Positions 17,766-25,299 of a stretch of DNA of 46,783 nucleotides are shown here, in pieces. Location: positions 1 to 46,783 of the forward strand of contig CAYXEG010000003.1 of NCBI GenBank assembly GCA_964463875.1. The letters are read 5' to 3'. The translations under genes were made by a program, and so were the position numbers. The notes beneath the pieces were generated by a model. That model was not told where the DNA came from and did no database searches. It saw only the letters and a list, made by a program, of their open reading frames with translations. The DNA comes from an uncultured Dehalococcoidales bacterium (GTDB lineage: Bacteria; Chloroflexota; Dehalococcoidia; Dehalococcoidales; UBA2162). Positions within the stretch are counted from its first letter, which is position 1, and every line of letters starts with the position of its first letter.

Positions 17766-18479
17766 ATGAAACGAAAACCCGGACGTATACTACTGGCGGG
17801 GCTGTGCCTGCTGTCAATCATTGTTGTCACTTTTATTCCGGGCTGCAACAACATTCAGTGGTCTTCTCAAATAAACAGCTCCATACATGAACTCACTCTT
17901 ACAGAGTTATGGAATACCATCGCAGCTACAACAGCTATCCAGGAACCGAGCGCAGAAATGGGGACGTTTTCGATGAATGTCGAGCCGGATGGTGAACTCT
18001 CATTTTTGGATTTCACCTTCTCGGGAAGAAATAACAACGGAAAACCATGCGTGTATTTCGTCGGTTTCGGGCACAGGAGCAGGATTTCCGTAAAAAGTTA
18101 TGAAATCGATGATATTATCGTCAGCCGGCATCCGGCATCGGTGTTCGAGGAAATCGATATGTACGGACTGGACTCCATTGAAACGGGTGAGGGAGGATTA
18201 AGGATGATTATCTCATTTCAAGCCGGTAGTCTCGTTTACCGAAGAAGCGAGGCTGACCTGTTTCATCTTGAAAAAGGAGAACTTCTGCCTTTGGAGGAAA
18301 TTATGTTCAGCGGTCAAAACCAGCATTGTACCGTAAGCCTGTTGAAACTTGCCCCGAATAAACCGGTATCCACGACAGCCGCGGCTCCGATGCTGCCGGG
18401 TGAAAGAGCTAACGAAATATGGTTTCTCGATGAAGATATCAGCCTGGCCGAGACGGTTGTTTACTGGAATGAGAACTGA
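17766..18479 (+). CDS. putative lipoprotein (family D)
   Basis: GAGGAG RBS. Signal ILLAGLCLLSIIVVTFIPGC. LTELWNTIAATTAIQ and EADLFHLEKGELLPLEEIMFS are homologous to the 16629 product. Confidence 0.7.
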   Translation: MKRKPGRILLAGLCLLSIIVVTFIPGCNNIQWSSQINSSIHELTLTELWNTIAATTAIQEPSAEMGTFSMNVEPDGELSFLDFTFSGRNNNGKPCVYFVGFGHRSRISVKSYEIDDIIVSRHPASVFEEIDMYGLDSIETGEGGLRMIISFQAGSLVYRRSEADLFHLEKGELLPLEEIMFSGQNQHCTVSLLKLAPNKPVSTTAAAPMLPGERANEIWFLDEDISLAETVVYWNEN

Positions 18480-18578
18480 ATCACTATGTCCGTGGAGAAG
18501 AAGGTGAGAATAGGATATCCCGGAAGGCGGGCCCCAAAATCCCTCTTCGGAGGTGTTGAGTAAGGTTGATGGTTCTGC

Positions 18579-18613
18579 TTCTCCCTTTAAAAGGGAGAAT
18601 GAGAGGGATTTTT
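18579..18613 (+). terminator. rho-independent terminator candidate / REP-like element copy C
   Basis: Hairpin TTCTCCCT (18579-18586) / AGGGAGAA (18592-18599), followed by TGAGAGGGATTTTT. An outer arm AAATCCCTCT at 18537-18546 can pair with AGAGGGATTT. Confidence 0.5.
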
Positions 18614-18664
18614 GTGTACCTGCGATATTTTATGCGCGTTCCTTCCGGAGGTTGATAATCGATT

Positions 18665-20140
18665 ATGAAAAGAATAGTGTTGAAAATTCTATTGCTGGCA
18701 GCCGCCATGGCGCTGTTGTTCACCGGGGCTTCCTGTAACCGGACCTCCGGCGATGCTTTTAACGAAGATAACCTCATACCGGAAAAGGTACTCGCCGGAC
18801 TTCCGGTCTATCCTGATGCAGCCATGACCACGGAAGATGGGACCGGGTTCAAGCCGTTTTCAACGCCGCTGTCACCTCAGGTCGAAGGCCGGCCGCCGGA
18901 AATCGTCTACGAGACCGTATCCCGGCAGTATACCTCGGAAGCTGAACCGGATTCGATTCTGAAATGGTACCGGAGCAAACTGACCGGCAAAGGTTATCAG
19001 GTCTATTCCGAGACGAGCTATTTCGACTTCGACGACTTTAATATACACAACAAAACAGAAACTTCGACAACACAACAGATACAAAGAGCGGATATTATTC
19101 ACGTAAGCGGTGAAGTCCATAGTTTAGGATTCTATCGTCCCAAGTTAACGCTCATCAGTATCGAAGTGCATGCCTGTTCAACAACCGGGAAAACAATCTT
19201 CGCCGTCATCGTCAACCGGGATACGACCACTCCGGCTGAACCGGAGGTAATGAAGCTGTCAACCGGTATAATTTCGTATTCCGGCTTCAAGCAGGAGGCG
19301 AGTGTCCGTATCGGCGAACCGAGAAAGGATGCTCCGGTCATTCTTACCATAGCTAATAGCGGAGACGTCAGGTACGGCACTCAGCAGTTCGATGTATCCG
19401 GTCGTGAGTTGTCCGAAATTCCGGAAAGCGACCTGGAACCGGCATCGATTCCCACGAACAGGCTCCTGCCGGCAGGTACGGCCGGTATTTACCAGATAGT
19501 ACATCTGAAAGACCGTTACGAAGACAGGCTGCTCTTCGAAGCGAAGAAAAGCAATGACGGGCCGCCGGATTACCTGATTACGGACAACGCCGGAGCAGTT
19601 CTCTATACCCTGCCGATGAACTACCTGATCACCCGGTATAGATACGAAGCCTGCCTGGTCGAAAACGGCCTGGCGGTTTACTACGGCACCAATGTACTGA
19701 ATTCACGACTGAAGAAGTATTCGTATGACGGAAGTATCGTCTGGTCGGCAGAGGTTCCCCTGACAGGCAGTCCCCACCTCAGCCGAATTCAGGATAACGG
19801 CAGCGAACTGCTGGCACTCCGGATACAGAGCAGTGATAATGAACATTATGTCGGCTACTTCACCGCCGAAAACGGCACGATGTTTCTAGAAAACAAGTTT
19901 ACTGACGACAGGCGGGTTCAGGTAACCGATAAAGCAGGTTACTACTATCTCTTTACCGAATGGCCGGAATACTACGAAATGGCGGTTCCGCCGGGAAGAA
20001 TCAGTTTATTCTATGGTAACGAAGAAGCAGCCTATGCGGACGTATCCGAAGGCATCTACTACTTCGCTGCCTCGCCTGACGGCCGCTACTTCGCGGTGGT
20101 GACGAGAAACAGGTTGTCGATATTTTCGTTTACGGAATAA
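18665..20140 (+). CDS. putative lipoprotein, 491 aa (N-terminal GLPVYP module; C-terminal beta-propeller-like region)
   Basis: Signal ILLLAAAMALLFTGASC. VLAGLPVYPDA..SILKWYRSKLTGKGYQV parallels ILSGLPVYPGS..DLIDWYEGYFKESGFHF in the 5066 product. A TolB-like ASPDGRYFAVV motif lies near the C-terminus. Confidence 0.7.
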   Translation: MKRIVLKILLLAAAMALLFTGASCNRTSGDAFNEDNLIPEKVLAGLPVYPDAAMTTEDGTGFKPFSTPLSPQVEGRPPEIVYETVSRQYTSEAEPDSILKWYRSKLTGKGYQVYSETSYFDFDDFNIHNKTETSTTQQIQRADIIHVSGEVHSLGFYRPKLTLISIEVHACSTTGKTIFAVIVNRDTTTPAEPEVMKLSTGIISYSGFKQEASVRIGEPRKDAPVILTIANSGDVRYGTQQFDVSGRELSEIPESDLEPASIPTNRLLPAGTAGIYQIVHLKDRYEDRLLFEAKKSNDGPPDYLITDNAGAVLYTLPMNYLITRYRYEACLVENGLAVYYGTNVLNSRLKKYSYDGSIVWSAEVPLTGSPHLSRIQDNGSELLALRIQSSDNEHYVGYFTAENGTMFLENKFTDDRRVQVTDKAGYYYLFTEWPEYYEMAVPPGRISLFYGNEEAAYADVSEGIYYFAASPDGRYFAVVTRNRLSIFSFTE

Positions 20141-20149
20141 CCAGAAAAC

Positions 20150-20179
20150 TTGACGAATACTACCGGAATGGACTATTGT
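20150..20179 (+). promoter_or_regulatory. weak promoter candidate (TTGACG-18 nt-TATTGT)
   Basis: Hexamers at 20150-20155 and 20174-20179 in the 108-nt gap before the glycine-zipper genes. Confidence 0.25.
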
Positions 20180-20248
20180 TTCAGTAAGGTATTGGTTATC
20201 AGTGAAGTACCGGACAATACAATGATGACCGTACCGGAGGTGAATGGT

Positions 20249-20614
20249 ATGAACAAAAACAGGTTACGCAGTTTCCTCTATCTTCTGGTTTTCATGCATT
20301 TTTTCGACCCGTTCGCCTACAAGACAACCGTTGAAGGTGAGGCCCGGATAAAAGACCGTGACCCGCGCGACCCGAACCAGGCGCCAAAGCCGGGAAAAGG
20401 CGACAGCTACCTGCTGGGGGCGACGTTTCTCGGCATCATCCTCGGCGGCGTCGCCGGATTCCTCATCGCCTATCACGGTTTCGGCAACCACATGGTAGTC
20501 CTCGGCATTTTTGGCGGGATACTGGCCGGAGGCCTGGCCGGCATCTCTATCGGAAGCCGGCTGAAAAAGAAGAAACAGCAGGAAGCCGACGACGGACCGA
20601 GTGCAGGAGTATAG
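20249..20614 (+). CDS. glycine-zipper membrane protein (family F), 121 aa
   Basis: GGAGGTG RBS lies 6 nt upstream of the ATG at 20249, which I prefer over the TTG at 20150. G-x-x-x-G-rich helices LGATFLGIILGGVAGFLIA and LGIFGGILAGGLAGISIG are followed by KKKKQQ. Confidence 0.6.
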   Translation: MNKNRLRSFLYLLVFMHFFDPFAYKTTVEGEARIKDRDPRDPNQAPKPGKGDSYLLGATFLGIILGGVAGFLIAYHGFGNHMVVLGIFGGILAGGLAGISIGSRLKKKKQQEADDGPSAGV

Positions 20615-20620
20615 AAAACA

Positions 20621-21007
20621 GTGGTACAATACAGTCAGACCATGACCGGCGTACCCGGAATCGCCCTCCACCTCTATCAGAATCCTTTCCAGTTCCGGGA
20701 GACGGTAGAGCGGGAAACCCTGGCTTCAGGCGGGCGTGGTAACGGCAAAAGGCCGCACCGGGACCCACGGGACTATTGGGTATATATCGGGGCGGTCGCC
20801 GGTATCATTGTCGGCTGTACCGCCGGAGCGATAATCGGAGCGTCAACCGCCGGTCTCGGCGGTATATTCCTGGGAATTGTCGCCGGGATGTTCGTCGGCG
20901 GGCTGGGTGGCTCATGGGTCGGCGAGCAGATTAAAAAGAAAAAATACGCCCGTAAAAAAGTAAACAGGAAAGAGACGGCGCCCGGCAAGGGGCCGTTCAT
21001 CGGATAA
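20621..21007 (+). CDS. glycine-zipper membrane protein (family F paralogue)
   Basis: IGAVAGIIVGCTAGAIIGASTAGLGGIFLGIVAGMFVGGLGGSWVG is followed by QIKKKKY. It shares a DPRD motif with the preceding gene. The start is uncertain (GTG 20621 or ATG 20642). Confidence 0.55.
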   Translation: MVQYSQTMTGVPGIALHLYQNPFQFRETVERETLASGGRGNGKRPHRDPRDYWVYIGAVAGIIVGCTAGAIIGASTAGLGGIFLGIVAGMFVGGLGGSWVGEQIKKKKYARKKVNRKETAPGKGPFIG

Positions 21008-21010
21008 CGC

Positions 21011-21865
21011 ATGATAGAAATTGGGGTAAATCCGGTCATATTCGGTACCGTCCGGTGGTACGGGGTGCTGGTGGCGCTCGGTATTGCCGTGCTGGTAGCA
21101 TGGTTAATCTGGCACGTCAGGAAAGACCCGTACAAGCGAATTACGCCCGACATGGTGCTCATCGCAGCCATAGTCGGTATCCCGGCCGGGGTGATTGTTT
21201 CGAGGGCGATTCACGTTATCGATTTATGGAGCTACTACAGCCGGTTTCCGGGAGAAATCATCGGCGGCGACGGCCTGACCATCTGGGGAGCGATTCTCGG
21301 CGGCACCCTCGGCATCCTGATAACGAGCCGGTTCACCAAATTCGATTTCGGCTATTTCTCAGATATCGTGGCCCCCGGCCTGATACTTGCCCAGATAATC
21401 GGGAGAATCGGCTGCACCATCAACGGCTGCTGCTACGGCGACGAATGTTCGCTCCCCTGGAGTATTATCTACACCCACCCAGAAACGTACGGGCCGATGA
21501 CTTACGCTGTTCATCCGACGATGGTTTACGAGATTATTTTCCTGGCGGTATCATTCGGCATTATCATGTTCCTGCGGGGGCGCATTAAACCGGACGGCTC
21601 CCTCTACATGATTTACCTCTGCCTCTACTCGGTTTGGAGAATCATCAACGGCTTCCTCAGGGAAGGGACCGATTTCCTCTTCGGCCTCCATCAGGCGCAG
21701 ATAATCGGCATCCTGCTCCTCCTCATCATCATCCCGATACTGGTCATGAAAACCCGCTGGGGCAAGCCGGAAGTACCGGTAATGGCAGCGGATGATGCAC
21801 AGGACGAAACAGTACCCGAACTGCCTCCGGCTGAGAAGGAAGGGAATAGCGAGGGAGAAGAGTAA
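21011..21865 (+). CDS. lgt: prolipoprotein diacylglyceryl transferase
   Basis: Typical Lgt features: N-terminal IFGTVRWYGVLVALG, GLTIWGAILGG, and ILAQIIGRIGCTINGCCYG. Multi-TM. An acidic C-terminal tail is present. Confidence 0.85.
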   Translation: MIEIGVNPVIFGTVRWYGVLVALGIAVLVAWLIWHVRKDPYKRITPDMVLIAAIVGIPAGVIVSRAIHVIDLWSYYSRFPGEIIGGDGLTIWGAILGGTLGILITSRFTKFDFGYFSDIVAPGLILAQIIGRIGCTINGCCYGDECSLPWSIIYTHPETYGPMTYAVHPTMVYEIIFLAVSFGIIMFLRGRIKPDGSLYMIYLCLYSVWRIINGFLREGTDFLFGLHQAQIIGILLLLIIIPILVMKTRWGKPEVPVMAADDAQDETVPELPPAEKEGNSEGEE

Positions 21866-21908
21866 GGGACGACGGAAATTCGGGCGAGAAGTAACAACGT
21901 CCGTGTAT

Positions 21909-21953
21909 CCCCCTCACCCTGACCATCTCCCGGGATAGTGAGAGGGAGTTTTC
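21909..21953 (+). terminator. terminator candidate / REP-like element copy B downstream of lgt
   Basis: CCCTCAC (21911-21917) pairs with GTGAGAGGG (21938-21946, one bulge) around the palindromic TCCCGGGA, followed by TTTT (21949-21952). Confidence 0.4.
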
Positions 21954-22039
21954 TCAGATTACTATCTGCCGCTATCTGCTTGTTTGGTCAGTCTACAATG
22001 AAGTGAAGCAGCGTTACCGTTCCCCATTTATCGCCCGCC

Positions 22040-22100
22040 ACGAGCAGATACACCACATATAGAACGGGTAAGCGAGTGAAAGGACAAGGCAGTGTATGAA
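22040..22100. repeat. imperfect direct repeat R1 (pairs with 23165-23222)
   Basis: Shares ordered blocks with R2: ACATATAGAAC (11/11), TAAGCG, TGAAA, GAC, AGTG, ATG. Weaker similarity extends about 15 nt to the left. Confidence 0.5.
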
Positions 22101-22106
22101 AGCGTA

Positions 22107-23093
22107 TTATTGGTCCAGCCGTATCCCGTCTTTTCCCCACAGCCGTTCGCCGTTGGGGTTGATTCTCTGAATATATGAGGCTGTTTCGTCTTTCATGGTT
22201 TTTCCGGCCGCCCAGGTGACGTAAAAGCCGCCGTTGCCATCGGGGATAATCCGGGCCGGTTCCTGGCCGGATACCCAATAAGGACGGATAGATGATACAA
22301 GAACCCCCTCTTCATTCCATACTTCGCGACCGGCTTCATCGAAGCATTGCGCCCGGAGTTCATATTTTCGATTTATGAATTTCTTCCGAACGGAGGCATT
22401 CACTATTACAGGATTGCAGTAAACAGGCGGGTCTTCATCTCCGGGGCTGGAGCGGAATTCGCCATCCTTACCGAAAATCACAAGGTTACCGGAAGAACCG
22501 CATTCCATACCGAAATCCTTGTGATAATCCAGCCCGGGAGCCTCGATGTCCGTTCTCCGGAGAAGAACCCCTTCGCTGTCAACCTGCAGGAGACCGATAG
22601 TGTTGTTACCCGAAATAAAGGCGGCGAAGGCTCCGTCGCGGTCATCTTTCATGACCTTCAGGGAAGGGGTTTTCCCGAAAAATGTTGCCAGCGTCACCGG
22701 GGAAAAGACGGGTATCCCGTCTGCATCCAGTTTATGAAACACGATGCTGTCTATAGTTGATGAGATAACGGATACGCTGCCGTCATCATTCAAAAGCGGC
22801 ATGGCAAAAACAAGGTCGCTAAAACCGTCATAATAACCCCAGTCGGAAGAAAGCTCGGTTCCGGTCTCACCCCAGAGTTTCTCCCCGTTTTCTCCCAGTT
22901 TCTGAATATAAGAGGTTCTCTTATAGTTAAAGTCACTGCCGTAGTTAATCTGGTATGTAATGAAAACCTCGCCCGAATCACCGGCGACGGCAATCGGATG
23001 ATAAATGGAATACCTCGGCGGCCCGGGGTAAGGACTGCAACCGGCAGCAAACAGCAGCGTTAACAGCAGCATTGCCGAAGCAAATATCTTCAT
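22107..23093 (-). CDS. putative lipoprotein, family C paralogue of 8773-10167
   Basis: Preferred start MKIFASAMLLLTLLFAAGC (lipobox AAGC) at 23093. The C-terminus NPNGERLWGKDGIRLDQ parallels QGEPLWGKDGVRLGLK. Also contains ENGEKLWGETG and EAGREVWNEEG. Confidence 0.75.
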   Translation of the reverse strand: MKIFASAMLLLTLLFAAGCSPYPGPPRYSIYHPIAVAGDSGEVFITYQINYGSDFNYKRTSYIQKLGENGEKLWGETGTELSSDWGYYDGFSDLVFAMPLLNDDGSVSVISSTIDSIVFHKLDADGIPVFSPVTLATFFGKTPSLKVMKDDRDGAFAAFISGNNTIGLLQVDSEGVLLRRTDIEAPGLDYHKDFGMECGSSGNLVIFGKDGEFRSSPGDEDPPVYCNPVIVNASVRKKFINRKYELRAQCFDEAGREVWNEEGVLVSSIRPYWVSGQEPARIIPDGNGGFYVTWAAGKTMKDETASYIQRINPNGERLWGKDGIRLDQ

Positions 23094-23164
23094 ATATCGT
23101 CGTCCTTCGAATAACACCCATTCCCTATATGAATCAAGCCCTATAGTATCACAAATAATACGGC

Positions 23165-23222
23165 AACACACATACGCAACATATAGAACAAATAAGCGTA
23201 TGAAAAGACAGTGAGGTATGCT
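23165..23222. repeat. imperfect direct repeat R2 (pairs with 22040-22100)
   Basis: See R1. R2 sits at the transition to low-GC DNA. Confidence 0.5.
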
Positions 23223-23276
23223 ATAAAGAACATTTATGATTAAGCCCTATTTTTTAGAAAACAGCTTATTTGAATT

Positions 23277-23720
23277 TTAGTATAGATTCTTTTTTTGTTG
23301 CTTAAGCCAGATAAGCTGGAGAATACTGGTAACAAAAGTAAAGACACTGAGTATGAATGGGAGAAACATTATATAGTAAAACAACGAATATTCTCCGTAC
23401 CCAAGAGATGCAGCGCGAATAGTGAAACCCAAACCGATAACTGCTATTATTGACCCTGAGGTTATTTGTCGGTTCGAGAAAATGATACCGGCTCTTCGCT
23501 GAAATACAGCACAAATGACGATAACAACCCCGAAAACAAGTAGTATAGTCTCTACTATTGAACTAGGAGGAGGAAGCCCCGTAGTTACAGATACTCCCGA
23601 GCTGGAGTGTGACATCACTCCGATTTTTGTAGTAAGAAGTAGCTGCGAAGCAAAACCGGTAAATGTTGCAGCAACTATGTGTAGTATGGAAGATGCGTTT
23701 TTCATTTTTAATTCCGTCAT
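23277..23720 (-). CDS. integral membrane protein, hypothetical (4 TM)
   Basis: 147-aa ORF with four hydrophobic helices, AT-rich codon usage, and no recognisable family. Confidence 0.55.
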   Translation of the reverse strand: MTELKMKNASSILHIVAATFTGFASQLLLTTKIGVMSHSSSGVSVTTGLPPPSSIVETILLVFGVVIVICAVFQRRAGIIFSNRQITSGSIIAVIGLGFTIRAASLGYGEYSLFYYIMFLPFILSVFTFVTSILQLIWLKQQKKNLY

Positions 23721-23792
23721 TCAAGTAATCGGGGATATCGCATCGTACCTTGAAATGGTCAGGAACTTATCGACGATTAGTTCGGATAATGC

Positions 23793-24401
23793 TTATATAT
23801 GTAATCCTTTAGGCGCGGGTAACTCCCAGTATTCGTCTTTGGATTGGATTATCCTGATGATACGGATGATAACCCCTCTTAAATTCATGGCATCATCATT
23901 CTTGTTTAGAATATTGTCTCTCCATTCCAGTACCTTTATCCGGTGGTTACATTCTACCCTGAAATAATATCCCTGATATTCAGACGTCCCACTGACAAGC
24001 TCACCTTCGGGTACGGGAATAACGAATTTGTCAGGATAACAGAAGAAATTTGTCTCTATCATCTTTTGATAGATTCCGTCCATGTCTTCGTCAGATAAAA
24101 TGAAGTCTATGGTAACCGATGGGTCTTTTCCCAGATACTTTGTATAGGTTCCATTGAACGTATTCAGTACATCCCCGTTGATACCACCATATCCATATTG
24201 GAAAATAAGATTGAAATCGGAAGGCCGGGATTCCGGAAGAGTTTCAGACAAGTCACATCCAGTTTCGACAACAGACTCCGGAGATTCTGAGTCCGAAGGA
24301 GCATTACATCCGATTCCGATAATCATAACCGCCAACAGACATGTTATTGTACTGATATGTATAATCTTCTGCATTCTCTTTTTTACCACTTTATTATTCA
24401 T
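23793..24401 (-). CDS. putative lipoprotein, hypothetical
   Basis: Signal ISTITCLLAVMIIGIGC (lipobox IGIGC). Low-GC composition. Confidence 0.6.
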   Translation of the reverse strand: MNNKVVKKRMQKIIHISTITCLLAVMIIGIGCNAPSDSESPESVVETGCDLSETLPESRPSDFNLIFQYGYGGINGDVLNTFNGTYTKYLGKDPSVTIDFILSDEDMDGIYQKMIETNFFCYPDKFVIPVPEGELVSGTSEYQGYYFRVECNHRIKVLEWRDNILNKNDDAMNLRGVIIRIIRIIQSKDEYWELPAPKGLHI

Positions 24402-24659
24402 ATTGTCAATAACCGAGGTTCTGTTTGGTTTTGGTTGGTAATTACAAGAATGCCTAGAAACAAATCAAAGAGCTATAAATTCCTCTTCATCTCTTCCCTA
24501 TTCACTCCGTTTTCCGATTCACTTCGCTCATGCGGAATCTACGACATGCGGGATGTACCATCCGACCCTCTCCTGATAAAGTAAGCCGATGCAACTGCAG
24601 GAAATTCAGACTTTTTCCATTCGAATATGGAAATACATTCGGAGAAATCATTTCCGCTA

Positions 24660-25115
24660 CTACTCTAAAGGTGCTTTTATTGAATAGTGGTCTATATCAA
24701 CTACTTTCATTGAATCGGGATTTATGTCTACATCCAACCTTACATCCACCGGGTCCCCTGCTTCTATTCTTACACTGATGTATATTTCTGCTCCTTCTGC
24801 CAGTGCTTCTTCGAACCGCTCAAGTTCCTCAGGGTCTTCTTCGAATTCAAGATTAAAGTGACCTCTCTTTGTGTAACCTTTTCCAACGTCATGGGGTTGT
24901 AAAAGAGCCCAGTACAGCGTTATTCGGCAGGATTCTCTTTCTTCCAGGAGAATTTTCATGTTATCGGTATTGAGTGCTGTCTGAATTAATTCCGATCTTT
25001 CTTCACCGGTTAGAGGCCGGATTTCTTTGATACCTTCAGTATTTTCGGAACATCCGGTAAATATGAATATAAAAATCAAAGTATTGACAAAAAGTAACAA
25101 TCCTTTTTTCTTCAT
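24660..25115 (-). CDS. putative lipoprotein, hypothetical
   Basis: Signal MKKKGLLLFVNTLIFIFIFTGC (lipobox FTGC). Low-GC composition. Confidence 0.6.
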   Translation of the reverse strand: MKKKGLLLFVNTLIFIFIFTGCSENTEGIKEIRPLTGEERSELIQTALNTDNMKILLEERESCRITLYWALLQPHDVGKGYTKRGHFNLEFEEDPEELERFEEALAEGAEIYISVRIEAGDPVDVRLDVDINPDSMKVVDIDHYSIKAPLE

Positions 25116-25224
25116 TCTCTAACTCCTCGCCAATCACTATATCCCAAATAATTATGTACATTAAATAATTCAATGTAATTATTTATGTAAAAATAGTGGT
25201 AATTTACGAGCCCATCCGAAAGAT

Positions 25225-25256
25225 GAATCCTGTGATGATACATCATCACAGGATTC
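25225..25256. repeat. perfect 15-bp inverted repeat GAATCCTGTGATGAT-ac-ATCATCACAGGATTC
   Basis: Arms at 25225-25239 and 25242-25256, read directly from the sequence. It lies between the 25300 gene stop and the 25115 gene start. No adjoining T-run on either strand. Confidence 0.7.
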
Positions 25257-25299
25257 CCTTAAGAACTAATTCGGTAAATTACAACTCATAAGTGTTTTA

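Noticed and set aside
22107-23171. Longer 354-aa version of the family-C paralogue starting at 23171
   Set aside because: The extra 26 residues (MCCRIICDTIGLD..) precede a canonical lipoprotein signal peptide that starts at MKIFASAM (23093).
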